Shown: positions 36,801-50,001 of the stretch, piece by piece
Position numbering within the stretch: the first letter of the stretch is position 1
Layout of the letters: each line of letters starts with the position of its first letter
DNA from: Rotaria magnacalcarata
Taxonomy: Eukaryota
Length of the DNA: 64,000 nt
Direction of reading: 5' to 3'
Assembly (NCBI GenBank): GCA_965140935.1
Contig: CBCSLL010000157.1
Coordinates: 33,416-97,415, forward strand
Position numbers and translations under genes: made by a program
Notes under the pieces: model-generated
Told to the model about the DNA's origin: nothing
The model's database searches: none
What the model saw: only the letters and a program-made list of their open reading frames with translations

Positions 36801-39800
36801 AGAGCACATTCAATTACGTATTCGGCAAGAAAATCTTTCTGGGAAACCTCGAAAAGTTACATTTCGGAAAATTGAGAATAACATTATTTCTAACTGCATG
36901 ACCCGATCGGGACGGTATTTAGCATTTATCGATAAAACAAAATTGGAATATCTAAGTCGTTCTCATATACTCCGATAGACAAAAACATTCTGTATCGAAG
37001 GAGCCTATTTTCAAACAGTAATAAATCGAATATTCATGAACCTTTGGGCCAAAGTTGTTGTTAAGTCTTCCCGAGAGTGCTTCAGGTCTTTCTTACCGTT
37101 AGTATTCAATGAATTTTAAAATCTAAGATGATATTTGTGATCAGGGAACTTAACTATATCGGAATATAGCTACTTGCACTAATCTCTGAACAAAAAAGGT
37201 TTTTCGATCCTTGACGGGTACTCCAGATGTTAAAAATTGAGTTTTCATAAAATACACAATAAATTCGTGGAAAATAATCAGAATTCAATGATGATTCTCA
37301 AGCTAATAAAATTAGATGCAGGTTTTCAGTGAGTTCAGGTTCCTAATTTGGCACATCTCTGTTTTTATTGTGGAATTAGTGTATTCACCAAGATCGAGGG
37401 AAAACAATGAGTTTAACAGAGAATTATGTCATCGTGTTGTATACTTCTCCTTTATTTTACTGTTCCTTTTCCACTACTACTAACATCTTTACCATGTTTC
37501 AGTATCTCTAGCACCTGCTCAGCACCTGCCCAGCACCTTCGGAAACTTTATAGTAAAAATTTGGTGCTTGGAGGCGGCACTTTCCCCCTTGGGTAAACGT
37601 TAAATATTCTACTTCGGCATATAAAAAAAACTTTTACCTTTCCTATTCCAACTGATCTTATTACTTTTTTTCTAGGTTAATAAAAGTCTTCAAGTTCCGA
37701 CAAGCAGTAAAATAGTGTTTTTGACTGTATCATGAAACCAAATCTTTTCATCGCTGAAATTGAATCTAGGATGATTGGATATACAAATTAAATTCTATAG
37801 AAACACTATCCTTGGCAATTTATATCCTTGAAGTATTTTACTTACTTTCAACTGATCTATAGAAATGATTCGAATCAGCCTTAACAGATGTTTTTCTTTG
37901 TTGTACTCGAGGTTTTCATCGGTCCAATTGAATAAAAAACCTAATCTAACTGACGTAGCTTCAAAGCAAAAACTATTTTTTTAAAAGATAAAGTTCCCAT
38001 TTTTCTAAAAACTTTAAAACCATTTGATTATATCCAATAAAAAGAGAAACTAAGAGAGAAGATTTTATTATAAAAAAGCCCATTATTTATTTCACTCATC
38101 AAGCTTTGATTTTCGAACTGATACAAAAACATTTTCTGTTTCTATTACTACTGACTAGAAACAGATTAGCAATAATTTCTCACAAGACGCACGACTAACT
38201 TATAATTTAATTCTAGAAACTGTTCTGAATATGTCAACGATATTCATATAATAATCACACAATGTTAAGATTAAAAATATTTAGTAGAGATTTCTATAAT
38301 AAGTGTCTTTTTCAACTTGATCATGAATCGAAAGATGACGTTAACTGTACGTTGTCTTACTCACAGATAAAACTAGTATGAAATATTCATTGTTATGCAG
38401 ATGATATGTTTGAAAAATCTTTTCAGCATGTTTATTAAATATGAAGTTGTATTTTGCTGTAAGAATAACCGAATTTGTTTTACTGTCTACGATGTGCTAA
38501 AGCATCTGCACAGCATGATTGCATCAATATGATTCTTCTTTTTATAATATCTCAAGAGTTTGAATCGTTTGTTGATTTTGTCATCTAAGGTGAGCAGTCA
38601 AATTATTAGTTGAGATAAGAGAACATGTTCACTGAAAAGAAATGACTCTGTCGACTGTTTTGTAAATAAAACATATCGATTAGTGTATCTATCATAAAGT
38701 TAACTTTACTGAGTCGTTTATTATTTATGAAATTATTAGTTTTACATGTTGGATAAATAATGAATTTACTATTAAAAGGTCTTAGATGAAGAGCGTCGTA
38801 CAAATCATGTTGTTCATATGCAATTACAAAAGACAGCATCGGAACTAAATGAATATAAAAATTTATCAGAACAATTGGACTTTAAAAAACAAAATTATGA
38901 TCGAATTAAAACGTAAATGAATTATTAAAAATTTATTGAAAACTTGTTTTCTTTGTTTATAGAGAACGAGATCAATATGAACGTCGTGTTGTTGAACTTG
39001 ATCGACAAATAACACAAGATGAATTACAAATACAAACACAAATAAAAGAAAAAGAAAATTTACTTCTTCAAGTATGCTTCTTTTGTAATATTTATGTTCT
39101 GTTTAAAGAAATTCTATATTTCTAACCTAGTTAGCTGAATTACGTCAAGAAGTTACAGTACTTCGACAAGATAAAGAATATTTAACACGACAATATAATG
39201 ATATACAACAAAAATATTACTCAGCTGAAGAAAAAATTTCTACACTCGAAGCATCACTAGATGAAACCAAACGAGCCAAAGAAATTCTTTATGAAAAACA
39301 TATTTCAACCAGGTATTTATATATATGTATATATATATATATATATGCTACAGGGGAGATTGAAATGCAGGGCTATTTAAAATAGGCCTTCGAGGAAATT
39401 GAAATTTCAATCTCACCTATGGCAAATTAAAATCTTTTTTTTTTCAGTGTAATTTATAAGAAAAATTGAATATTTTAGTTTCCCCTAGGGTAAATTAATA
39501 GTTTAGTTTCTCTTATGGGGTAGTTTTAAATAGCCCTAGTAGAAATAAATATATCATTTTTTCTATTCGCAAATTCTATATTACTATGAAAATGATTAAA
39601 TATTTCAAAATAACCTTATGTTTTCAAGCAAATAATCTTACAACAAAACAAAACAAACAATAGAAACGACCTACCTTACTGAAACTAACACACTTATATC
39701 TAGAAAGAAAATATCACATATTTGAGCACACGCATTTAAATCCAGTGGCAGAAGTATGCTACTGTAATGGCACATGTGCTACAAAGTCATGCCCATGCAA

Positions 39801-42800
39801 GACGAAAAATATTAAAAGTTGCACATAATGTCACTCAGAAAACAATATGAGTGTGCTCAAGTATGTGATATTTTCTTTCTAGATATAAGTGTGTTAGTTT
39901 CAGTAAGGTAGGTCGTTTCTATTGTTTGTTTTGTTTTGTTGTAAGATTATTTGCTTGAAAACATAAGGTTATTTTGAAATATTTAATCATTTTCATAGTA
40001 ATATAGAATTTGCGAATAGAAAAAATGATATATTTATTTCTACTAGGGCTATTTAAAACTACCCTATAAGAGAAACTAAACTATTAATTTACCCTAGGGG
40101 AAACTAAAATATTCAATTTTTCTTATAAATTACACTGAAAAAAAAAGATTTTAATTTGCCATAGGTGAGATTGAAATTTCAATTTCCTCGAAGGCCTATT
40201 TTAAATAGCCCTGCATTTCAATCTCCCCTGTAACATATATAAGGAAATCTTGGCGGTAATATAATAAGAATCAAGTTACGATTGTTTTTTACTAATGTGA
40301 GTAGGATCGGTTGAGTCAGAAATCGATTCATGAATGTTCACTCACGCGTATTCGTCGAGAAATATGACACAAGAGAAAGTAGAATTCTTTTTCGTTGTCG
40401 ATATGTTCCCAACAGGCTGTCCAATTAAAAGAATTTCACTTCAGTATAATATTAGATTACTCTCTGACTAGGAATAATATCAATGTTCTCACCACATGCT
40501 TCTTAATATTATTATGGAAATAGAATTAAGAATTAAAACATGGAAAACTGTTGTAAATAATCTATCAGAAATTGTATTTCAATCTATTTATAGAGACGCC
40601 TACAAAACTGAATACGAAAATAAATTGGCTGCTGAATTAGAACAACTTCGGTCAAAAACTACACTTGAAATTGATAAACTACGTGAAAGTATCAAAGAAA
40701 TGTATGATAGAGAAAATCGGTAAGTTATTTTTCTTGTTATTTTTTCTTTTCCAAACACATCTCTTATCAGAACATTTCAACACGCACGTGATGAAGCTAT
40801 AACTGAACGCGATCGACACATTCAACTTGAACGAGATTTACAACGAAAATATGATGAATTATTAAATGAGTAAGAATCAGTTTATTGATAATGAAACTTT
40901 TTTTGAAACGTATATCTATCTAAATAGATATCGTCAATATCAAAGTACAAACGAAGTTCGTTTAGGTGAATTACAATCAGAATTAAAATTGAAAACATTT
41001 GAACTCGATCGTCTGCAATTGTTATATGAAGAAAATTTAAAATCATTAAAAACAACACAAGTTGAAATTGAAAAATTACAAAAGAAAAATGATGTTTGTT
41101 TTTTTGTTTTTTATTTTCAAAGTTTCTTAGTTCTTATTTTTTGTATATTGTTTCTTACAGTTAATTCAAAAAGAATATTTTAATCTACAAGTTCAATCTG
41201 ATCGTCGCCTTATGGAAGTCGATACTGAATTAAACGAAAAAAGAACCAAATTACAAGTATATGAGAAGGTTGAACAAGAATTAGATGAAGTTGTTATGCA
41301 AGCTGCTCAAGGTAACGAACATATATTTTTTAATGACCTTGACCATTCAATTTTGTTTGAGAAATTTCTCAAAATTTAAGATTATTATCGAATAGATTGA
41401 TAGTAGAAAAATCGTCTTATTCTATCTATTTCCAGAAACGTGTTTCATTCTACTTTTAATCAATCTTGCAAAGATACAAAAGGAAGAGAATTCGTCAGTT
41501 AAAACGAGACATTATTGGTAGATGGTAATTGATTATAAGTCAACAGTAACTGATAGAGATTGAGGCGACGGACAGACAAAGTACTGCTAAGATATCTACT
41601 AATGGTTATGGGGATAGAGTGGCGTTATCAAGGATGTTGTTGAAGAGTTATCTGTAACAGATTTGTCATTTTGGGTAGAAGGAGAGAAAGGAATAGATTT
41701 AAATTTCTACTCCAGATATTTCAATACTTTTTTCTCTGCCGACAGGAAGATCTTCATGAATCATATTTATCTAAACTTTAGTACTTATGGTTAGAACATA
41801 TCTACGTAGTGACACCAGGAAAATTAGTGATAACACAAAACATGATCATGATTCATGCTGACTTTTATTCATTATACGATCTAGGTTTTTAGCAAAGATT
41901 TTTTACCATGAATATATTTAAAACAAGAACCTCTCTCCGTTTAAGTCAAGTCAATTTTAATTCGATAATTCCTAAGCTAACCAAATTATCAAATAATTCT
42001 CTAACTTTTTTCATAGACGAGTCTAATGATTTTACAATGCAAAATATATCTGAAAGTTTACTCAAATCTTTCATAATGATTTGTCAGGTGTAAAAGATGA
42101 TTTCGACCTTCTTATTTTATTGACAGACAACAACAACTTTTCGTTCAGATTAAGTGCTCTGAAGACTCTTTCGTGCGATACATATTTTAAGGTATATACA
42201 GCTGATTTTTTTTTGACAGTATCTAAAGTAATTCAATATACATTTGTCATAGTAAAATTAGTATAGTAACATTACAGTGTCTGGAAACATATTAACTCTT
42301 GTTTAGTCAAAGCATATCGCCGACGACAAACATTGCTCATCTGTGTTTAATCGATAGATTCGCGTATAATATTATCAATTGATGATTTGATGCTCCAACT
42401 TACATTTTAATTTATTAACAAGATGAATTTTGGGCTCTTTTCTCAAATATTATGTATTCGATAGGATTCTATAGAAAATTTCTATTGTTAATACTAGGAG
42501 TATCATGTCAATGTTGAAACAATTCAATATGATATGCTTAACTAGAAAATATATAGTCAATAATGTATGAAATCAAATATTGACAAATATTATTCGTTGA
42601 CTTATTAAAAAATAAAATCAGTCGACATTAAACTATTTTGTATCTTATGAAACTTTTATTATTATTTTAAGCACTTAATTTTGTGCCACTCACAAACATT
42701 TTCATGCATTTGTTCTAACCATAAATGTTATATTTCATACAAAAACAAAATACAATTCTGAAACATTGTAATGTTAACATTACAACGATATCGTTCAAAT

Positions 42801-44121
42801 TCAATTCAATAACGATTAGAAGTCATTTTCCTATTGAAAATTTCAGTGGTCCTTGATATACATAATATATTTCATCGATTTATTTTTCTTGCTTTTCATT
42901 TTATTAGAAAAAAAAATCAAATGCTTGTGTCTATATATCATGATAAATAGTATATTGTAAAGTTATTTATTGTCAGTCGAAACTCCAATGAAAATATAAA
43001 TCTTAGTCTAAGTTTAAAATCTCAGAATAACGGGTGTTCTACATTTGAAATTACAATTTCAATCTGATATTAAGAAGAAGAAAATATATATATATAGTCG
43101 AAGACACTAAAAAAATTTGAAAGCTTCTTGTTTGTGTAAGAAAATTGCATAATAATTTTGTTTTGTTTGAATAGTTGAAAACGATGCTGATGCAAATAAA
43201 ATCTTATTTTCTTATGGCTACGGCGCATCATTACCAACATCAGCAAAACGACGTCTTCAACATTCAGTGCATTTAGCTAAACGTGTAATTCAATTAGAAC
43301 AAGCAAATACATCATTACGCTTAGAATTGGACAGAGAACGCAAGAAAAAAAATGATACTCAACATGAGGTCTCTAGTCTTCTAAATATTATTTTTATATT
43401 TATTTGAAAAATATTCTAGTTGGAAAATGCGAATAGAATATTGGATCAAGCTCAGCAACCGTATGATTTTCTTATTGCCACTGTACGTAATAAGGACGTA
43501 CAATTGAAAACAATTCATGATACTATTGAACAACTAGAAAAACAACTTCGGTATTGTTTCTTTTACCTGATATAGAAAAAATTCAAGTAGCTTTTCTATT
43601 TTACATAGAGAATCTGAAAACGAACGACAATCTTTAACTAGAACAAATAATCAATTAACAAAAGATATTGAAAAATTACTTGAATATCAAGAGGTAATGT
43701 TCTGTGAGAAATTTTCTATTCGCAAAATAAACAAAAAGAAAGCGTTTGTTTAGCCATTGAAAGTAATGAAAAATGTAATTATGAATTTACAACATCAAGA
43801 TACACAGAAAGCAACTCATCGCTCACCTTCTCCACCATTGAATATTAAGTATCGTTCATTGACACCACCAACTCATCAATCAAGACGATCAGTTGGTTTT
43901 GTTGAACAATTTGATCAGCATCATAATCCACCACCAACAGTATTTGTTAGTTGAAAGCGTTTTCTTCTGTTATTATGTATTTATTTTTCATAATAAAATC
44001 ATGTTTATTTTTTTAGACATCCACAAGTCACGCAAAAAGTCCGTCAACAAAAATAATTCGAGGTCCACCCGCATCTCAGCAAGGAAAATATCGAAAGATA
44101 TATAAAGTGACCAATAATTAG
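33832..44121 (+). CDS. PIBF1: PIBF1 / CEP90 orthologue (progesterone-induced-blocking factor 1, centriolar satellite coiled-coil protein), at least 15 coding exons
   Basis: Exons (GT-AG, phases consistent, total 2328 nt = 776 codons): 33832-34137, 34205-34432, 34490-34609, 38779-38912, 38963-39071, 39131-39312, 40594-40719, 40771-40869, 40928-41093, 41161-41311, 43175-43368, 43420-43550, 43609-43693, 43754-43945, 44017-44121 (stop TAG). Colinear matches to human PIBF1: [12 protein letters not shown]~IQLLKIELSQKT; VRFYELVNPL~[10 protein letters not shown]; [38 protein letters not shown]~[38 protein letters not shown]; [34 protein letters not shown]~[34 protein letters not shown]; [16 protein letters not shown]~LNQTQQPYRYLIESVR. 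First in-frame ATG at 33943; the 5' end is otherwise unresolved. Confidence 0.8.
35665..37325. repeat. Large imperfect inverted repeat (arms ~760 bp, ~85-90% identity, ~130-bp spacer) inside PIBF1 intron 3
   Basis: Left-arm start cctgcaagtaattttattagcttgaaaatcatcattgaattctgattattttcca matches the reverse complement of the right-arm end cctgcatctaattttattagcttgagaatcatcattgaattctgattattttcca. The arms meet near gtctggtccc (36405) and gggaccaggag (36570). Confidence 0.7.
39351..40230. mobile_element. Foldback-type non-autonomous DNA element (880 bp; ~400-bp near-perfect inverted arms) with TA target-site duplication, in PIBF1 intron 6
   Basis: Ends caggggagattgaaatgcagggctatttaaaatagg… and …cctattttaaatagccctgcatttcaatctcccctg are exact reverse complements. 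Flanked by ta|…|ta (39349-39350 and 40231-40232), a Tc1/mariner-like TSD. A ~130-bp central loop contains a short Cys-rich ORF fragment [23 protein letters not shown]. Confidence 0.7.
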
Positions 44122-45972
44122 CAAATCTTGTACTTTTAATTTTTGATAGAAGATTGAATTTGTTTTTCTTTTGTTGTTTTTAATTAGTTGTTCACTGTAT
44201 TTCATGTGTAATTATTCAAAGATCTTTTTTTATTACTATTATTATTGATATTAGATTATTTATCGAATAGATATGTGTGTTGTGTTGATATCCAATTAAA
44301 TATGCTTTAATCTAGTATTCTATTTCCAATATATTCTGTTAGCTGCTCAACAAGTACAATATGAAATTTATTTGCTAATCATTCGTGAGAATGAAAAGTG
44401 AAAATAAGATTCACGATGATATCTACATCTCACTATAAGATATAATTATCATTGTATAGTAACCTTTCTTTTTAATGTATTAGAGCTAAACATAATTAAT
44501 TCATACAGCGTAGTTTTATAAGGTTTTTATTGAATGCTGAATAATGAATGATCTCATACAATCCGTGTTGTTAAGTATAATTTATCAAAATGAACATGAA
44601 AATGCCTACGATCGTTAATTGATATGCAAGAACAACTAATAAAAATGAACTTCTCTCGATCCCAATAAATGAGAAGATTCCTAAACTTATTAAATAATCT
44701 TACATATCAATTAATACAATAATTATTTAATTAAAAAATACTTCTTTGGTTTTATCGATATCAGAAGAAAAGATATTTTCGTTTCGATTCATAAGTAGGC
44801 AGAGATGACTTTTTCTCAAATTTACTAACAGGTTTTAGATTGAACAATTTTAATTATTCTTATTTCTTTTTATAAATTTCTCATATCTTGTTTCCTCTTG
44901 TATTATTTCAACTGCAACATTAATTTTTTTTATACAAACAAAAGATAATTGGCGAAAATTGATGTTTCTAAAAAAGAACAACAACTAGAATATCAAATCG
45001 TCGCAAATAACTTCATCGGATTGTTGAATGAAAATGTAAAACTTTCTCATATTAAGAAACGATTCCTTCCACATAGAAGAAAATGATCATGGCTTTGTAC
45101 TTGAATAATTTATGTTAATCAGAAAAATTTATAAACGAAACCAACGTTGGATCATTGGTGAGGAACACATGCCAACTAATTGATTGTCTCTGATTTGACA
45201 CTGTTGAATCAACTATGATTACTGTGACAAAAGATGAAATCAAGGAGGAACAAGCAAGACTCCTCGTACTTCGAATTATGGAAGTTTCACTTTAATGTTG
45301 TTAACTTACTGCATTGTTGCACTATTTTTCCCATGAATGTCGTAATGCTCTTTAGAAGCACTGCAAAAAAAAGCGATTTTCACATTTTAACTTGCAATTT
45401 TGTACCGAGTCAGAGTTTGGCTACGTAGTATAGTGGGGTGTGGAAATTTCAGATCTTTCTTCCATTAAATACCAACATAAAATCTGACTTTTTGTTTTAA
45501 AAATGTTTAAGAAACCGTACTATCATTGTTACGTTTAAAACAGAAAGAACGAAAACATAACAAACATTCAATATAAACTATTCTGACTAAGATTGATCTT
45601 TATGCAAAGTTTTAAGTTAAAATTGTAAAATACGTTCTTCGTGTGGTTGTTAGAAACAAAAATTTTATTCACTTAAAAATACCATTAAAATCCAACATTT
45701 TCACAACAACAAATTAATATATTGTTTTACCTTTAAATGTCAGAATGATTTTTCTACACTATTTTATTCTTTATGTCATAAATAGTTTAATAAGAGAGTT
45801 CTCGAAGAATTTAAAATAGACTAAATAGTATTTAGCAAATTTTGACTTCCTTTTAATATTATCTACACACTTTTATCGTGTTTTCATTTTTTATTATAAG
45901 AATCGATCAGTGAATTATATATCAAAACAAGTTCGATTCGACATACATGTCCATTATTTATTGCTTAGTATA

Positions 45973-47044
45973 CTATTTTGATACGTTGGTGGTATTATGA
46001 ATGTATTTTGATGGATAATTATCTGATGCACTGGATGGATACATCTTTATTTGATTACTCGGCATTTCAGTAAATGGTTGAACTATTCGATTTCGTTGAT
46101 GTGAATCTAATTGGACATAAGCCCAAAATAAAGTCATCATAAATGAAATAGTAAGCACTTTTAATAAATCCATGATATATGAATAATCAGTAAAAAGTAA
46201 ATAAGCAAAACTTACCCTTCATAGCACTAACTAGAAAATGAAAAAATATAGAATCTTTTCAAATGTTAAAATATGTTTGATTTACTTGTTACAACTATGT
46301 AACGTAAATCATAAACGAAATGCATACACGGTTGATGGCTAATTAAAGAAAAAGAAGTATGAAATTCTGGCATTTTATTATAGTGAATACGTACTGATAA
46401 ATTTCTGTTGCATTTATTGTAAAATATTTTAAAAATTTCAGACAATTTGAAGCAAAATTTCGATAAAAGTATTGGATTTCTTGCAGAGATAAATTTTTAT
46501 TCTTATCAATACCACAACATTTTCTGTCTTTAATGGCATGATAATATATCATCAAATTCCAATCATCGGGTACGCTTCCATCCGGATATTTTTCTATCAA
46601 TTCATGAAATTTCTGACGACTGTGGTCAACAAAATGTTGTAGAGCAATTAATTCGATGATAAATAAGATAAAAATTATGACTGAAATGAAGAGAGAAAAA
46701 AACCTGTTCATAAAATCTATAGCAAATTCAAGGATGAACATAAGGATATTCACAATATACCCTTCGGTTTATGAATTATTTTCAAAAAACAAACTATGGG
46801 AAAGATACTTTTTAAAATATAACAAACCAGTGTTAATGATATTAAATATTTTCAGTTTCTTGAAATTTGTTGTTAAACACAAAACAATGACGAAATTTAT
46901 CTGTACCGAACTTAAAATGATTGCTGTTATTATTCGATCTAATGTAAATCCTTGGAAAAGACCTTGAAAAGTAAATAATACTGGTGTAGCAGGAATTGAT
47001 AATGAAAATACAGCAATTAAAAAAACACGTAATATATCAACCAT
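45973..47044 (-). CDS. Tetraspanin-like four-TM protein, at least 3-4 exons
   Basis: Exon 1 46828-47044 (MVDILRVFLIAVFSLSIPATPVLFTF…ITAIILSSVQINFVIVLCLTTNF…NIINT) covers TM1-TM2 and has donor GTTTGT. A 66-nt intron leads to exon 2 ~46395-46761 (G YIVNILMFILEFAIDFMNRFFSLFISVIIFILFIIELIAL = TM3, then loop …HAIKDRKCCGIDKNKN…NFASNC with the tetraspanin CCG motif) with donor GTACGT. A 3' exon near 45973-46157 codes TM4 (LLKVLTISFMMTLFWAYV) plus tail and stop. Intermediate micro-exon structure unresolved. Confidence 0.5.
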
Positions 47045-48482
47045 GATCAAAACAATAGAAAAATATTCATATAAATGAAAAGAGTACTCTTTGAATATTA
47101 GCGCTTTATTACTGTATTTTCTTTATATGGATGCCTCATGAAATGATTCCATTGAATTTGAAACAAGAAAATAACCTAACTGTAAGTATAATCAATGGAT
47201 TGATTGTAATTGATCTTGTGAGTCTTGAGATAAGACTAATAACTTCACAAGAGCAACTAATAGAACCCTTCACTATGTGTAAATTAAAATGAACATTAAT
47301 AAAAGTTATTTACATGGGCTTGTTGCCTAAATAATAATATATAGATGCAGCAAACGAATTTTCATGATGATGTTAGAAATCATGATGATCGTCTATATCA
47401 AAGTTCTGATGTGATGGTAGTTTTACATCGAAAGCTCAACTTTATTTAAAATAAAATAAAAAATAAATGAATTCATTTGCTGCATCTATATATTATCATT
47501 TAAAATGAACAAGCTTGAGTTTCTTTCTGACATGTTTGCATGATCAATTTGAATTGCATAGGCAAAATATTTCATTTGATTTACACGAAACTAGAATTTA
47601 AATTATTAGAACTTCATATTTCTAGTAGGGTCTATTATGATATAGTGGATAGTAAAGAGAATATTTGGTTCATGAGATAAGAGAATGGCAAATTTTAAAT
47701 GTTTCTTATTGAAAATGGTGACGAGGGATTGTTCCAGTATCTAGTCAGTTTTCATTTTATAAAAAGCTCAATTTTTACTAGTATGTTTCAATACTGTTTT
47801 TCTAACTAGAATATTTGTTTTTAAAACGATAAATACATCAACAATAGAAATTTATTTGAAAGATATCATAGAAGATGAATTTGAAGCGAAACGAATAAAC
47901 AATATGAAATAAAATTTCTATTAAGAATTTCTATTGTGTACGAATGAAAGAAATTAGTAAGTGTATTCGCAACATATTTCTGAAATTCTGTCTGAATTCC
48001 TATCGACCATAACGATATTAATGAAAAACAATAATTATTTTATCTGTCAATACACAACGAGTAGTTAATAATAGATTGATTTGATTATAAATGCAAGTTT
48101 TCCGTCTTTTACTTTAGCCATATAATATATTCATTTGGGAACTGAAATATTCATTTTTATAATCGATCAAGCTATGTGCTTCATTGTCTCCAAGAACCTT
48201 ATTCTTAATTTCGAACCAACTTCATCCTTCATATAGAAGAAAAAAGTTTCTATTTTTTCTCTAATGAAATCGTATGCTGTTGAGATCCACTTTTATATTT
48301 TTCCAAAGCTGTAAGATTCACAAGATACCTATATTTTGACATATGAATAAGAAATGTTTTATGGATTGTTGCGATAGAACAGATGCATTCACATGCAGAA
48401 TGATGCATTTGGATTCAATCATTTGAACTGAAAAATATCAAACCCATCTCATTTATTATTATTTCAACGAAATCAATGTTGA

Positions 48483-50001
48483 TCATTGAAAATGTTTTGA
48501 AGAACATGAACTTCGATCAATATCAAATTTATCAATGCGGCCAGTACCATAATTTGAAACAAATATATTTCCATGTTGATCAAATGCTAAATCATTTGCT
48601 TGACTAAGTGTATATTGCTTTTCACCGATAATGATTGTACCATTGACACTATACCGTGTGAAATGCATAACTCTACTGTAATATCCATCAATAGAATAAA
48701 TATTACCCGATTGATCTAGATGAACTGCTCGAGGCCATCGCAACTTTCCTACAATAATTCCTTCTTTTGCATCTTCTGTCCATTTCATAATTCGATCATT
48801 AGATTGATCCGCTACGTATACAGTTCGATTTTGATCAACAAAAATAGCTGAAGGTTCATTGAATTGATCAAGTCGATTACCTTTACCGTTTCCACCAGCT
48901 ACTAGCCGATCATGCGCTATATTTTCTCCTAATATCCATCGTGTAACTCGATGATTATCATGTTCAGTAATATAAAGTAAAGCTTGGTTATCTAATGCTA
49001 AACCGGTACAGTATATATTATTGATTAGTATTTCTCCTTGTTGGGCACGCCTTGCCCATCGAATAATCCGTCGATTTCTTGCATCACATATAATTAAACT
49101 TCCATCTTTTGGGTCCATCAATATATCTGATACCTAATCAAATGTAATCTAGTTTTTGAACGAAGCTAACACTCCTTTTTCTTCTACTTACCCAACCAAG
49201 TTGATCAGTTCTATTTCCTTCCCCGTTACCTCCCGCTATAACATTTCCACGCTTAGCAGCTGGTTGCCACGTTACAATACGTGCGTTTCCATTATCAGAA
49301 ACATAGAGAGTATTTGTTTTCAAATCAAATACAATGGCAGTAGGACTTCGAAGTTGATCGAGTGCTGTACCACTATAGTTACTGCCAGCAACAGTTCTAC
49401 CCTGTTTAGCCCAGCTTACATTACGACAAACCACCTCAGCTGGTATCGGTGATAATGTAGATGAACCTATTCGATATCAAGGTAGAATGGAAAACATTTC
49501 GTTTCACTAGAAAATTATTTTTCTACTTGAATTTGTCTGCAATGGCGGACAAAGATCTAGTGCAGCCATACCAGTTGGATAACACAATGGTTGACCTATT
49601 GATAACTTTGGATGATGAATACAAACAGTATATGGTTGATCACAATAGTAATTTATTTCATTGCATGTTCTTAGTTTTGAAGCATTTAAATGAAGATATG
49701 CACAAATTCCACTTTGTTCACCTGCTGATGAAAACGGAAGACAGCCACAATCAGGATTAGTTGAACAAGGAGCATAGAGTGGTAAATTTCGACATGTTTG
49801 ACCTCTTGTCAAAACTAAATGAGACGAAATACAATAATCAAAATACAATTAGATAATTAGCAGTGTTATACCGAATAAGCTAAACCGTAATAAACAAAAA
49901 AAAATGAATAATTAAATAATTATTTTATGAAAATATTTACCTTTGTAATACAATGAATGCGATAGTAGAAGGAAGAAACATTCTATTAATCATTTTCATT
50001 C
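48483..50001 (-). CDS. Secreted NHL-repeat protein (six NHL blades) with a Cys-rich N-terminal domain; 4 coding exons, 420 aa
   Basis: Exons 49943-50001 (MKMINRMFLPSTIAFIVLQ signal peptide, donor GTAAAT), 49527-49804 (Cys-rich: GQTCRNLPLYAPCSTNPDCGCLPF…CDQPYTVCIHHP…LCPPLQTNS), 49192-49466, 48483-49133 (stop TGA). Phases sum to 1263 nt. Six units of the type AGGNGEGNRTDQLGWVSDILMDPKDGSLIICDARNRRIIRW and AGGNGKGNRLDQFNEPSAIFVDQNRTVYVADQSNDRIMKW. Confidence 0.75.
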
